From assembly GCA_937922655.1 (NCBI GenBank), contig CALAJH010000024.1, forward strand, positions 60,151 to 124,150: a stretch of DNA of 64,000 nucleotides, read 5' to 3'. Of this stretch, positions 25,539 to 35,793 are shown piece after piece. A program made the translations under genes and the position numbers. Within the stretch, counting starts at the first letter, position 1; each line of letters opens with the position of its first letter. Source of the stretch: an uncultured Bacteroidia bacterium. Its GTDB lineage: Bacteria > Bacteroidota > Bacteroidia > J057 > CALAJH01. Under the pieces are notes generated by a model. It saw only the letters and a program-made list of their open reading frames with translations. It was not told the origin of the DNA and made no database searches.

Positions 25539-27896
25539 ATGCAAACGTTGGTTTCGCAAAAGTTGAAATGCGTTCATTGCGGAGACGAAATCGTCGGAAC
25601 GCCCATCCGCGAGGCGGAAAACGTTTTTTGTTGCGGGGGGTGTCAAACGGTCTACAATGTTTTGAAAGAGAACGACCTGTGCAAATATTATCTCATCGCA
25701 CCCGACGTTTCGCGTCCCAAACCCGTTTACGAAGATTACGCCTATTTGGACGAACTTTCGGAGCGAATACTGGAATTTTCGGGCGGTGGGGAATCGCGGG
25801 CGACGTTTCGTTTGCCCGATATGCACTGTTCGTCGTGTTTGTGGCTCTTGGAACAACTTCCCCGCTTAAACCCCGCGATTGTCGCCTCGACCGTACGCTT
25901 TGCCGAAAAAACCGTGACCGTTCGTTTTAAGACCGAAGAAACGACGCTTTCGCAATTGGCGTCGCTGTTGGCAAGTTTGGGCTACAAACCCGACTTGTCG
26001 TATTGGAACGAACCCGAAAAAAACGCTCGTCCGCCGCGTACGTTGTGGTATAAAATCGGCGCGGCGGGTTTTGCCTTTGGAAACATCATGCTTTTTAATT
26101 TCCCGGACTATCTTGCGGGCGGCGAAGTCGAACCCGAGATGCGCAGGCTTTTCGCCGGCGCCGGGCTTGCGGTTACGGCCTTTACTTTTTACGCCGCACA
26201 AGATTATTTTATTCGGGCGGCGGCGGGTTTGCGACGCGGAAAACTACCGATTGACGTGCCGCTGGCCTTGGGAATGACGGCCATGTTTATTCTTAGCGTC
26301 TACGAAATTTTTTCCCAAACCGGCCCCGGCTATTTGGATTCTTTGGCGGGACTGACGTTTTTTTTGCTTATCGGGCGGTGGACGCAAGAAAAAACGTATC
26401 ATTATCTGTCGTTCGAGCGCGACTATCGGGCGTATTTTCCTTTGGCCGTCAAGCGTCGGCGCCACGGCAGCGAACAGACCGTTCCGATAGAAAAACTCGA
26501 ACCCGGCGACGTGGTCGACGTTCGCATGGGCGAGGTTGCGCCCGTGGACGGCGTATTGCTTTCCCCCGCCGCGATGATGGACTACACTTTTTTGACGGGC
26601 GAATCGAAACCCGTGCCCGTCAAGCGGGGCGAAACCGTTTACGCGGGCGGACGGCCCGTGGCCGGGGCCTGCGAAATCGAAGTGAAACGAAGCGTGGCCC
26701 GAAGCCGGCTGACGGCCCTTTGGAATTCCGCCGCTTTTGAAAAAAAGCCCGTCGGCGATTCGCTCGTCGTCGCCAAAATCGTGCCGTATTTCACGGCCGC
26801 GGTGTTGATTATCGCTACGGCGGCGGCGGGATATTGGTTGTCGCAAGGACAAACGGGGCGGGCGGCCTACGCTTTTGCCTCCGTGTTGATTATCGCCTGT
26901 CCGTGTGCCTTGGCATGGGCCGTACCGTTCACCTACGGACACGTTACCCGTTATTTTGGCTATGCGGGTTTGTACTTGAAAAATCCGCTGGTCGTTGAAC
27001 GCATGGCCGCCGTCGAACGCGTCGTTTTCGACAAAACGGGAACGCTGACCGTTTCGGGTACGGAAAAAGCCATCCTCGTGGACGAGCCTTTGCCCCTTGA
27101 CGAGTTTGAAAAAGCGGCGGTATACGCGGTGGCAAGCCGTTCCCTGCACCCGATGAGCCGGGCGTTGGCGGCGGCGCTCTCGCCCGTCGACAACCTTCCC
27201 GCAGACGACGTCGTCGAAAAGCCGGGCAAAGGCATAGAGGGAACGGCGGCGGGCATGCGTATCCGCATCGGTTCGGCAAACTTTATCCCAAACGCAAAGG
27301 GGCGGGTGAACGTCGAAATCGACGGCGTTTACCGCGCGGCTTACGACGTTCCCACGCCTTTTCGTCCGGGCATTCGAGAGGCGTTACACTTGTTGGCGGA
27401 TTATCGTCCGGCCGTCTTTTCGGGAGATTCTTTCAAGGCGGAAAAAGACTTGCGCGAAATTTTGCCGCCCGGTTGCGAGGTGCAAATGAACATGAGTCCG
27501 ACGGACAAAACGGCGGCGCTGATGGCGGCCACCCGTCCGACGATGATGGTCGGCGACGGGCTCAACGATGCGGGCGCGTTGCGGGCGGCGTTCGTAGGCG
27601 TGGCCGTTACCGAGGGCCACGCCCGTTTCACCCCCGCTTCCGACGCCATTTTGGACGGTGGCGCCGTCGTTCATTTGCCGCATTTTTTACGTTTTGCCAA
27701 ACAAGCCAAGACTACCGTTTACGCCTGTTTTGCCGTTTCGACGTTCTACAACGTCGTCGGACTGACGTTTGCGGTACGCGGGGCCTTGTCGCCGTTGATT
27801 GCCGCCGTATTGATGCCCTTTATTTCGATTGGAATCATTGCCTTGGCCACGGGACTCACGGCTTTGAAGGCCCGGTTCGCGGGCTGGAAAAAATAG
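25539..27896 (+). CDS. heavy-metal translocating P1B-type ATPase (CcoI/FixI-like N-terminus)
   Basis: N-terminal Cys cluster CVHCGDEI...CCGGCQTVY, membrane CPC motif (IIACPCAL), phosphorylation site DKTGTLT, and hinge MVGDGLNDAGAL. Confidence 0.9.
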   Translation: MQTLVSQKLKCVHCGDEIVGTPIREAENVFCCGGCQTVYNVLKENDLCKYYLIAPDVSRPKPVYEDYAYLDELSERILEFSGGGESRATFRLPDMHCSSCLWLLEQLPRLNPAIVASTVRFAEKTVTVRFKTEETTLSQLASLLASLGYKPDLSYWNEPEKNARPPRTLWYKIGAAGFAFGNIMLFNFPDYLAGGEVEPEMRRLFAGAGLAVTAFTFYAAQDYFIRAAAGLRRGKLPIDVPLALGMTAMFILSVYEIFSQTGPGYLDSLAGLTFFLLIGRWTQEKTYHYLSFERDYRAYFPLAVKRRRHGSEQTVPIEKLEPGDVVDVRMGEVAPVDGVLLSPAAMMDYTFLTGESKPVPVKRGETVYAGGRPVAGACEIEVKRSVARSRLTALWNSAAFEKKPVGDSLVVAKIVPYFTAAVLIIATAAAGYWLSQGQTGRAAYAFASVLIIACPCALAWAVPFTYGHVTRYFGYAGLYLKNPLVVERMAAVERVVFDKTGTLTVSGTEKAILVDEPLPLDEFEKAAVYAVASRSLHPMSRALAAALSPVDNLPADDVVEKPGKGIEGTAAGMRIRIGSANFIPNAKGRVNVEIDGVYRAAYDVPTPFRPGIREALHLLADYRPAVFSGDSFKAEKDLREILPPGCEVQMNMSPTDKTAALMAATRPTMMVGDGLNDAGALRAAFVGVAVTEGHARFTPASDAILDGGAVVHLPHFLRFAKQAKTTVYACFAVSTFYNVVGLTFAVRGALSPLIAAVLMPFISIGIIALATGLTALKARFAGWKK

Positions 27897-28158
27897 CGCG
27901 ACGAACACGCCCCGTCGTCAAAACGCCCCTTCCGCTTTGCCAACCACCCGTTTTTAACCTAATTTAAACGGTGCATCGACACAAAAAATTTTTGACGGCG
28001 TCAAACGGGCGGGACAATGGTCCCGGTTGTTTCTCAACATCCTAAAATTATTCCTTGACGTTAAAGGCAACGGTTTGTACTTTTGCCCGTATCGATTTTT
28101 TATTGTCCGTCGTACACCGCCATCGCGCTCCCGGCATCAACGTTTGTTTGAAACTTTG

Positions 28159-28166
28159 TATCTTTG
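28159..28166 (+). promoter_or_regulatory. -7 promoter box TATCTTTG, 19 nt before the receptor ATG
   Basis: Perfect TAnnTTTG. Confidence 0.4.
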
Positions 28167-28185
28167 CGATGGATTACTATTTCGG

Positions 28186-31146
28186 ATGACAAAAATTTTT
28201 ATTGCGGCGGTCTTGTTTCTTTTGGCGGCAACGGACGGGGTTTACGCGCAAAAGTCGGACTCGTTAAAGAAAAAAACGCCGATCGTCGTTACGGGCAACG
28301 TTTCGACGGAGGCGGGCGAAGGCTTGGCCGGCGCGTACGTCAGCGTCAAAGGAACGGTTATCGGCGCGCTTTCCGACCCCGACGGTACGTTTCTGCTTCG
28401 CCTCGAGCGACCCGCCAAATACGAAATACAGTGCATCTTGGCCGGATATGCCGAAGAGACCGTAACCTTGGACAGCGGCCAAACCACGCTTCACATCATT
28501 TTGACGCCGGAACGCATCCTTTCCAACGAAATCGTTGTTTCAGCCTCGCGCACGGGGGAAAAACTGCTCGAATCGCCGGTGACGATAGAAAAAATGGATT
28601 TGTTGCACTTGAAGGAGTCGCCCGCGGCCTCGATGTTCGACGCCGTGGCCACACTCAAAGGCGTGGACGTTCAAAACTCGGCGCTCGGCTGGCGAACGGT
28701 CAATACCCGGGGCTTTAACAGTCCGGCCAATCCGCGCTTTTTGCAACGGCTCGACGGCATGGACATGCAGGCGGCGGGACTGAGCGCGCCGGCGGGTTTG
28801 CTCACCGGTCCGTCCGACCTCGACATCGAAAATCTTGAAATCATCCCGGGTGCGCAATCGGGCTTGTACGGCCCCAACGCCTTCAACGGCGTTCTCAACA
28901 TGGCCACCAAATCCCCTTTTCAGTATCCGGGCTTGAGCGTCATGCTGGGAACGGGCATGAACCACCTCGACGGCAAAGACCAACCCGCCGCCATGTTAGG
29001 CGAAGCCGCCATTCGTTACGCCCGCGTCGTCAAAGACCGTTTCGGCTTCAAAGTCAATTTGGCTTACTTTATGGGCGAGGATTGGCATGCGTCGTCGCGC
29101 GAAGACGTCGCCGATTATTCCGGCACGACCAACCTCGAAAAATACGGCAAAGGACCGGGCAACCCCGGTTACGACGGGCTCAATATTTACGGCGACGAAG
29201 TCTCCAACGTTTTCGACTCCTTAACCACCAATTCCCCTTTCGGCCCCCTTATTCGACAGCCCTTGCGCATCTCTCGAACGGGATATCGGGAACGCGACCT
29301 GACCGACTACAACACCTATTTTCTCAAAAGCGACGCGAGCCTACACTATAAAATCAACGAAAACGTGGAAATCGTTGCCGGCGGCCGCTACACCCGCGGC
29401 ACGTCCGTTTTGACCGCCGACAACCGCATCGCCATTCGCAACTTCCGCATCGCCCATCCCAAACTCGAACTTCGCGGCGGCAACTACTTTTTTCGGACCT
29501 ACGCCTCGATGGTCTCGGCGGGCCAAAGCTACGACTCCCGCCTGACGGCCATCAACGTCAATCGCGCGTGGAAAGGCGACGCCGAATGGTTCACCCAATA
29601 CCTCATGGTTTATTCCGGCCAGTTGCAAATGCTCAACAGTCCCTTCCTCAACTTGAACCTAGGCCTCAACGACGCGGACATCCCCCCCGGCAACGACGAG
29701 GCCGCCCGCCGCTTCGCCGATTCCGACAACAGCTTTCTTTCCGAAAATCCCAAGCTTCGCTCGTTTTTGGCCTCCGTATTGGGCGAGGTCGGAGCGGATA
29801 CGACCATGAAACTTTTTCGCGGCCAAGCACGGTTTTTGCCCGCAAGTCCCGAATTCAACGCCGCCAAAGAGCGGGTCATAAAAAGCACCGATTGGAATAC
29901 GAGCGGTTCTCGGATGGTGGACCACTCCAACTTCTATAATGCCGACGTACAATACGACTTTTCCAAACACTGGAAGGTAATCGAATTTTTGGCGGGCGGC
30001 ACGGCACGGCTTTTTGCCCTCGACTCCGACGGAATTATTTTCCGCGACGAAGCCGGACCGATTTTGGTACCCGAATTCGGCGTCTATCTCCAAGCCACCA
30101 AACGTTTTTTGAACGAGCGCTTACGACTAACGGCCTCGATTCGCGTGGACAAAGCCCACCGTTTCAAGCCCGTGGTCAGCCCCCGGGGAGCCGTCGTTTA
30201 TTCCGTCGACCGCGACAAAAAACACAACCTTCGCGCCAGCTATCAAACCGGTTTCCGTATGCCCGACCTCCGTCACCGCTATATCGACATGTACGTCGGC
30301 ATTTACAAGTTCGTCGGCGGCTTTACCGAGGATTTTTACGACAACGGCGTGATATACAACGGTGCGGGCGGCGAACGCGTAATCAACGCTTACACCGCTT
30401 CCTCGGTCAGAAAGTTTTGGGAAACGGGCAACGAATCCGACTTGGTCAAACAAGACATGAGCGAAATCCGTCCCGAATTTGTCCGGAGCATCGAATTGGG
30501 CTACAAAGGCGCGGTGCTTGCGAACTTGGTCGTGGACGTAAGCGGATATCTCAACCTTTATCGGGACTTTATCGGCATGGTAACGTTCTTTGGCCCGCAT
30601 CTGGACGATGTCGGCACCCCCGATATGCCCCTAACCCCGGAAAAACTCCGTACCCGAGGACGCGACGCCGACACGCTTTACACTTTTTATCGCCGTTACA
30701 TCAACGCGCCTTATCACATCACGTCGGGCGGACTTTCCGCCGGCTTCAATTTTTACGCCACCCGTTGGCTTTATTTTATGGGCGGATATTCGATGAACAA
30801 ACTGACAAAAAAAATAGAAAACCCCGACTTTTTAACCGAATTCAACACCCCCTTGCATAAAATAACGTTCACCGTCGCCGGACGCAACATCAAGCAACGC
30901 TATGGTTTCGCCCTCAACTGGCGCTGGTCGGACGGTTACGACTTTCAATACAGTTTTGCTTCGGGGTACGTGCCGGGTTTTCACTTAATGGACGCACAAG
31001 TGAGTTACAAGCTCCCCAAATACAAGTCCACGGTAAAACTCGGCGGGGTCAATGTACTCAACAATCGACACATCGAAGCGTACGGCGGCCCGACGCTTGG
31101 CGCCATGGTTTACCTCCGCGTTACCTACGACGACTTTTTGAATTAA
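28186..31146 (+). CDS. TonB-dependent receptor
   Basis: Signal MTKIFIAAVLFLLAATDGVYAQ. Carboxypeptidase-regulatory-like N-domain (VVTGNVSTEAGEGLAGAYVSVKG), plug (...IPGAQSGLYGPNAFNGVLN), then a long beta-barrel. The 53-aa extension in the track is rejected. Confidence 0.85.
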   Translation: MTKIFIAAVLFLLAATDGVYAQKSDSLKKKTPIVVTGNVSTEAGEGLAGAYVSVKGTVIGALSDPDGTFLLRLERPAKYEIQCILAGYAEETVTLDSGQTTLHIILTPERILSNEIVVSASRTGEKLLESPVTIEKMDLLHLKESPAASMFDAVATLKGVDVQNSALGWRTVNTRGFNSPANPRFLQRLDGMDMQAAGLSAPAGLLTGPSDLDIENLEIIPGAQSGLYGPNAFNGVLNMATKSPFQYPGLSVMLGTGMNHLDGKDQPAAMLGEAAIRYARVVKDRFGFKVNLAYFMGEDWHASSREDVADYSGTTNLEKYGKGPGNPGYDGLNIYGDEVSNVFDSLTTNSPFGPLIRQPLRISRTGYRERDLTDYNTYFLKSDASLHYKINENVEIVAGGRYTRGTSVLTADNRIAIRNFRIAHPKLELRGGNYFFRTYASMVSAGQSYDSRLTAINVNRAWKGDAEWFTQYLMVYSGQLQMLNSPFLNLNLGLNDADIPPGNDEAARRFADSDNSFLSENPKLRSFLASVLGEVGADTTMKLFRGQARFLPASPEFNAAKERVIKSTDWNTSGSRMVDHSNFYNADVQYDFSKHWKVIEFLAGGTARLFALDSDGIIFRDEAGPILVPEFGVYLQATKRFLNERLRLTASIRVDKAHRFKPVVSPRGAVVYSVDRDKKHNLRASYQTGFRMPDLRHRYIDMYVGIYKFVGGFTEDFYDNGVIYNGAGGERVINAYTASSVRKFWETGNESDLVKQDMSEIRPEFVRSIELGYKGAVLANLVVDVSGYLNLYRDFIGMVTFFGPHLDDVGTPDMPLTPEKLRTRGRDADTLYTFYRRYINAPYHITSGGLSAGFNFYATRWLYFMGGYSMNKLTKKIENPDFLTEFNTPLHKITFTVAGRNIKQRYGFALNWRWSDGYDFQYSFASGYVPGFHLMDAQVSYKLPKYKSTVKLGGVNVLNNRHIEAYGGPTLGAMVYLRVTYDDFLN

Positions 31147-31171
31147 AAATCCCATTTTCCATGATTCGCCC

Positions 31172-31207
31172 CCAAAGGCCGTTTCCTTGGGTAGGGAACG
31201 CCTTTGG
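31172..31207 (+). terminator. hairpin after the TonB-dependent receptor
   Basis: ccaaaggc...gcctttgg outer stem with extra inner pairs. No clear U-tract. Confidence 0.35.
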
Positions 31208-31579
31208 AGCGGCGCTTGTTTGGACGCAAACGAATCCAAATTAATTTTAGGGGTAGTCAAAGGAATAAAAACAAAGTTTTTTGCCCTTTACAACGGCAAA
31301 AAATTACGTGCGGCGGTATCGCGATGGTTTATGGCAGACTTTGATTTTAACGCCGACCGTCGTCGAATAAAAAAAATACTTAAATATGTTTTTATTAAAC
31401 GTTTTTTATTACGTATTGCATCAAGGAAAAACCTGCACGTCTTGTCAATTTGTACGTTCATTCAACCCCGGCGCATGGGTTCAATGAAATACCGCCCGGT
31501 ACGATTGCGATATTTGCCGAAAAACACGCAAGCAACAAAGAAAAAATTTTTTGGATTTTAGATTTCAACTAAATAGCGC

Positions 31580-31587
31580 TATCTTTG
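31580..31587 (+). promoter_or_regulatory. -7 promoter box TATCTTTG, 70 nt upstream of ilvE
   Basis: Perfect TAnnTTTG at the end of a 510-bp AT-rich gap. Confidence 0.35.
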
Positions 31588-31657
31588 AGACGTGGTAAGG
31601 TAAAAAGTCCGGCCCGCCAACTTTGCCATCGATTTATCCACCAAAACATTACCCATT

Positions 31658-32734
31658 ATGATAACGACCGAAAAAAAACGCATCGCCATCGAACGCACGT
31701 CGCACTCGCGTTTACCGCAAACGGATTTCGGCCATTTGGCGTTCGGCAGCACGTTTTCCGACCACGTGTTGATAGCGGACTACAGCAAGGGTAAGTGGGG
31801 CGAGGCCCGCATCGTTCCCTATGGGAACTTGGAACTCAGCCCGGGAACGTCCGCCCTGCATTACGGACAGTCCATTTTTGAGGGGATGAAAGCGTTTCGG
31901 GACGTCAACGACGCCATCAACCTCTTTCGCGCCGAGGATCACCGCAACCGCATGAACAAATCCGCCCGTCGCCTGTGCATGCCCGAAGTTCCCGCGGAGA
32001 TATTTATCGATGGGATGCACGAATTTTTACGTTTGGAGGCGCCGTGGGTTCCGGCCGGAGAAGAGGGTTCGTTGTATTTGCGTCCTTTACTTTTCGCAAC
32101 GGACTCCTTTTTGGGCATTCGTCCGTCGGAAAACTACCGGTTCATCATCATGGCCTGCCCCGTATCGGCGTATTACCCCGAACCTTTGCGGGTTTGGGTG
32201 ACCAACAGTTACGTTCGAGCCGTCGACGGCGGGGTTGGCTACGTCAAAGCCGCCGGCAATTACGCGCCGTCCATGATTGCCAACAAGTATGCCCGCGAAA
32301 ACGGCTACAACGTCGTGCTGTGGCTTGACGCCATCAACCGAAAATACGTCGAAGAATACAGCACCATGAACGCCTTTTTCGTTATCGACGAATTCGTCGT
32401 CACCCCCAAGCTCACCGGCACCATTCTTGAAGGCATCACGCGCGACAGCCTACTGACCCTTTTCGAGGACATGGGCGTGCCAACGTTCGAGCGCGAAATT
32501 TCCATCAACGAAATTTTTGAAATGCACGACAAAGGCAAGCTGCGCGAGGCCTTTGGTACGGGCACCGCGGCCGTCGTCGCCCCCGTCCAAACCATCACCT
32601 ACGAAGACCGCACCCTAGAATTGAACCCCGACGGTTTCAAACTCATGCCCGCCGCCAAAAAGAAATTGGCCGACATTCGACGCGGCCTCGAACCCGACGT
32701 TTACGGTTGGCTCACCCAAATCCTTCCGGAATAA
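31658..32734 (+). CDS. ilvE: branched-chain amino acid aminotransferase
   Basis: Class IV aminotransferase text: ...ALHYGQSIFEGMKAF..., ...YLRPLLF..., ...GGVGYVKAAGNYA..., ...GTGTAAVVAPV. Confidence 0.9.
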   Translation: MITTEKKRIAIERTSHSRLPQTDFGHLAFGSTFSDHVLIADYSKGKWGEARIVPYGNLELSPGTSALHYGQSIFEGMKAFRDVNDAINLFRAEDHRNRMNKSARRLCMPEVPAEIFIDGMHEFLRLEAPWVPAGEEGSLYLRPLLFATDSFLGIRPSENYRFIIMACPVSAYYPEPLRVWVTNSYVRAVDGGVGYVKAAGNYAPSMIANKYARENGYNVVLWLDAINRKYVEEYSTMNAFFVIDEFVVTPKLTGTILEGITRDSLLTLFEDMGVPTFEREISINEIFEMHDKGKLREAFGTGTAAVVAPVQTITYEDRTLELNPDGFKLMPAAKKKLADIRRGLEPDVYGWLTQILPE

Positions 32735-32745
32735 AAGCCTTTCCC

Positions 32746-32781
32746 CGCCCCCCGACGATTAAACGTCGGGGAGCGTTTTTT
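32746..32781 (+). terminator. rho-independent terminator after ilvE
   Basis: 12-bp stem cgccccccgacg/cgtcggggagcg (1 mismatch), loop attaaa, then TTTTTT. Confidence 0.7.
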
Positions 32782-32785
32782 AGAT

Positions 32786-34792
32786 TTACATGTTGCGGCG
32801 ATATTTTCCTCCAACCTCGTAAAGAGCGGTGGAAATTTGCCCCAACGTGCAATACTTGACGGCTTCCATAATGACGTAAAAAAGATTTTTGTTGTTTTGG
32901 GCGGCAAATTTGAGGTCGGCAATAGCGGCGCGGGATTCGGCCTCGCAACGTCGGTAAACGGCTTCAACCGTCGCGATTTGCGCCCGTTTTTCTTCGTCGG
33001 TCGAACGAATAACCTCGTCGGGAACGATGGTCGGCGAACCTTTGGAACTCAAAAACGTATTCACGCCGATAATCGGCAGTTTTCCCGTATGTTTGAGATG
33101 TTCGTAGTGCAGGGATTCTTCTTGAATTTTGTTGCGTTGGTACATGGTTTCCATCGCTCCGAGAACTCCGCCGCGTTCGTTGATGCGCTTAAATTCCATC
33201 AAAACGGCCTCCTCGACCAAATCCGTCAATTCCTCGATAATGAACGAACCCTGCAAGGGATTTTCGTTTTTGGCCAAGCCGAGTTCGCGATTGATGATGA
33301 GCTGAATGGCGACGGCGCGGCGCACCGACTCTTCGGTAGGAGTGGTGATGGCTTCGTCGTAAGCATTGGTGTGCAACGAATTGCAATTGTCGTAGATGGC
33401 GTAAAGGGCTTGAAGGGTGGTGCGGATGTCGTTGAAGTCGATTTCTTGGGCGTGGAGGCTGCGTCCCGAGGTTTGGATATGGTATTTGAGCATTTGGGAG
33501 CGCTCGTCGGCGCCGTATTTGTATTTCATGGCTTTGGCCCAAATACGCCGCGCCACCCGTCCGATGACCGAATATTCGGGGTCGATGCCGTTGGAAAAGA
33601 AAAAAGAAAGGTTGGGCGCGAAATCGTTGATGTTCATGCCTCGGGAAAGGTAGTATTCAACGAAGGTGAAACCGTTGGAGAGCGTAAGCGCCAACTGGGT
33701 TACGGGATTGGCGCCCGCTTCGGCGATGTGGTAACCCGAAATCGAAACGGAATAAAAGTTTCTAACCCCGTTTTGAATAAAGTGCTCTTGGACGTCGCCC
33801 ATGAGCCGAAGGGCGAATTCGGTCGAAAAAATGCAGGTGTTTTGGGCTTGGTCTTCTTTGAGAATATCGGCTTGGACGGTTCCGCGCACCGAACGGAGCG
33901 CCGTCGCTTTGCACCGTTCATAGACGTCTTTGGGCAGGACTTGGTCGCCGGTAACGCCCAAAAGCATGAGGCCAAGGCCGTTGTGGCCTTCGGGAAGGGG
34001 GCCGTTGTATCGCGGACGTTCGACGCCCTTGGCACGATATAGGGCCTCAATTTTTTGCTCGATTTCGTTTTCGAGGCCGTTTTCTTTGATGTAAAGTTCG
34101 CATTGTTGGTCGATGGCGGCGTTGAGAAAAAACGCCAAGACCATCGGCGCCGGACCGTTGATGGTCATCGAAACCGACGTGGACGGGGCGCAAAGGTCGA
34201 AACCCGAATAAAGCTTTTTTGCGTCGTCCAAACAGGCGACGGAAACGCCCGAATTACCGATTTTTCCGTAAATGTCGGGACGCGGATGGGGATCTTCGCC
34301 GTAAAGGGTAACGGAATCGAAGGCGGTACTCAGCCGAGCGGCGGGCATTCCGCGTGAAAGGTAATGAAAGCGGCGGTTGGTACGCTCGGGGCCGCCTTCG
34401 CCGGCGAACATGCGTGTCGGATCCTCGCCCGTACGTTTGTAGGGATAAACCCCGGCGGTGTACGGAAAAGCCCCCGGAAAGTTTTCCTGCATGCGCCAAC
34501 GTAAAATCTCGCCCCAATCCTCGTACTTCGGCACGGCCACCTTCGGCACCCGCGTCCCCGAAAGACTTTCGGTATAGTTTTCGACGACGATTTCGCGACC
34601 CCGAACGGTGTAACGGAATTGGTCGGCGCTGCGTTCGGCTTTGTCCGATTCCCAACTTTCCAACAACGCCTTCGATTCCGGCGAAAGAGCGTTCCACAAA
34701 TTTTCATATTCGCGTCTTAAAACGTGAAGCGTGATTTGGTACGTCGGGTCGGGGTGAACCGAAACCTCCGGATTTTCTTTTACCTTTTGCAT
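32786..34792 (-). CDS. methylmalonyl-CoA mutase family protein: substrate-binding barrel only, IcmF/IcmA-like
   Basis: ...[38 protein letters not shown]...[15 protein letters not shown]...[13 protein letters not shown]... and C-terminal ...GGKYRRNM. There is no B12-binding (DxHxxG) or G-protein domain in the ORF or the 110 nt upstream. Confidence 0.85.
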   Translation of the reverse strand: MQKVKENPEVSVHPDPTYQITLHVLRREYENLWNALSPESKALLESWESDKAERSADQFRYTVRGREIVVENYTESLSGTRVPKVAVPKYEDWGEILRWRMQENFPGAFPYTAGVYPYKRTGEDPTRMFAGEGGPERTNRRFHYLSRGMPAARLSTAFDSVTLYGEDPHPRPDIYGKIGNSGVSVACLDDAKKLYSGFDLCAPSTSVSMTINGPAPMVLAFFLNAAIDQQCELYIKENGLENEIEQKIEALYRAKGVERPRYNGPLPEGHNGLGLMLLGVTGDQVLPKDVYERCKATALRSVRGTVQADILKEDQAQNTCIFSTEFALRLMGDVQEHFIQNGVRNFYSVSISGYHIAEAGANPVTQLALTLSNGFTFVEYYLSRGMNINDFAPNLSFFFSNGIDPEYSVIGRVARRIWAKAMKYKYGADERSQMLKYHIQTSGRSLHAQEIDFNDIRTTLQALYAIYDNCNSLHTNAYDEAITTPTEESVRRAVAIQLIINRELGLAKNENPLQGSFIIEELTDLVEEAVLMEFKRINERGGVLGAMETMYQRNKIQEESLHYEHLKHTGKLPIIGVNTFLSSKGSPTIVPDEVIRSTDEEKRAQIATVEAVYRRCEAESRAAIADLKFAAQNNKNLFYVIMEAVKYCTLGQISTALYEVGGKYRRNM

Positions 34793-34903
34793 AGCGCCAA
34801 TTTACAAAAAACAAAGAACTTATCCATACCTAAGTTGTGAAAAACGTTTGCATAAACCCAAGACGTGCAAATCCTCGTCGTTGTCTTCGCAAAAAGGATG
34901 TTC

Positions 34904-34937
34904 AAAAAAAAACGCAACGCCTTTGGAAGGCGTTGCG
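34904..34937 (-). terminator. rho-independent terminator of ssrA
   Basis: Minus strand: perfect 9-bp stem cgcaacgcc/ggcgttgcg, 7-nt loop, followed directly by T9. Confidence 0.75.
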
Positions 34938-34950
34938 CGGAAATTTTTAG

Positions 34951-35318
34951 GGTGGAGGTGGCGGGAGTTGAACCCGCGTCCGAAGAAGCGTGCCGTGAGC
35001 CCTTCTACATGCTTATTTCCTTTTGGGTTCTCGCCTCGGCGCGTAAAAAGGAACAAAATCACGCTTTGGCCATCCGCTTAAAATTTAAGGTTGCTTAGCG
35101 GAGTCGCTCCCCGAGTCTACCTTTAGTGACGCCCCGTCGGACGGCGGCAGACCTCCGTTCCGTGGGACGGCTCAAGCGCTAATTCTCTAATTAGGCCGCG
35201 AGCGCGTAGTTGTTGTTGCCGTTTATGGCTCGACGGAAAGGTTTTAGGCGTTTCACCGTCCTAACGCCGCATGCTTACGACCGACCGCACAGCAGCCCGT
35301 CAATTCCAGGTCACCCCC
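34951..35318 (-). ncRNA. ssrA: tmRNA (transfer-messenger RNA)
   Basis: 5' end GGGGGUGACCUGGAAUUGACGGG pairs with 3' end ...GGGUUCAACUCCCGCCACCUCCACC (G3:U wobble, T-arm GGGUUCAACUCCC). Tag ORF GGC AAC AAC AAC TAC GCG CTC GCG GCC TAA at 35220-35191 gives GNNNYALAA. The terminal A of CCA is not encoded. Confidence 0.9.
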
Positions 35319-35397
35319 AAATGCGTATCAACTACGTAATTCACATTTGCGTAGAAAAAACGCACGAGGCTTGGAAATCGTTCCGAACAACGATATT

Positions 35398-35438
35398 TTT
35401 TTCGTAGCGGCTCGAACGACCCAAGCCGCTACGAAAAA
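35398..35438. other. 15-bp hairpin between the small ORF and ssrA
   Basis: tttttcgtagcggct / agccgctacgaaaaa with an 11-nt loop. The T-run and A-run pair with each other, so it is not a canonical U-tailed terminator on either strand. Confidence 0.4.
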
Positions 35439-35453
35439 GCGTCCATGGACGTT

Positions 35454-35777
35454 TTAGATTTTAATTTTACGCACGCCCAGCGCCATACCGCCGACCAACG
35501 CAAAAGCCAAGGCCATCGCCGAAACGACGCTCGACGTATTACAGCTTTGCGAACATTGCTTGCTCTGCACCCCTTCGCTTTGCTGTGAAACGGTAACAAA
35601 CCGTACGTTGTCGGTTTGCGCGGAGGTTTGAGCGGTTTTGCCCGTGAAAGGACAAACCTTTTGTTCGGTTTGTGCGGTGGCTTGGACTTTGGCGGAGCCT
35701 TCGCACGCTTGCGCTTGGCCCGTTCCAAGAGCCGCGACCGTTAAGGCCGCGACCCATATTGTTTTTACGCTTTTCAT
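35454..35777 (-). CDS. small secreted/anchored Cys-bearing Q/T/S/K-rich protein
   Basis: 107 aa. Signal MKSVKTIWVAALTVAALGTGQAQA. Low-complexity middle with 4 Cys. C-terminal hydrophobic helix plus basic end (VVSAMALAFALVGGMALGVRKIKI). Starts 16 nt after the nuoB stop. Confidence 0.45.
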   Translation of the reverse strand: MKSVKTIWVAALTVAALGTGQAQACEGSAKVQATAQTEQKVCPFTGKTAQTSAQTDNVRFVTVSQQSEGVQSKQCSQSCNTSSVVSAMALAFALVGGMALGVRKIKI

Positions 35778-35793
35778 ATTTGGAAAAAAAATT

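Noticed and set aside
27897-28185. Cobalamin riboswitch upstream of the TonB-dependent receptor, considered because a B12-family mutase gene is nearby
   Set aside because: I could not find a B12-box-like GCCACTG or the conserved flanking helices. A -7 box 19 nt from the ATG implies a short leader.
31187-31561. 124-aa ORF filling the 510-bp AT-rich gap upstream of ilvE
   Set aside because: The sequence is basic and low-complexity with no motif, and its codon composition is unlike neighbouring genes. It is more likely non-coding regulatory DNA. I cannot exclude a small gene.
31604-31612. AAAGTCCGG, reminiscent of the conserved RNase P RNA 5' element
   Set aside because: It lies 46 nt before the ilvE ATG with no room for a ~350-nt RNA, and none of the other conserved RNase P blocks is nearby.
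32786-35318. Genomic island integrated at the tmRNA 3' end
   Set aside because: I saw no integrase, no direct repeat of the tmRNA 3' terminus and no compositional break. The downstream genes are core metabolism.
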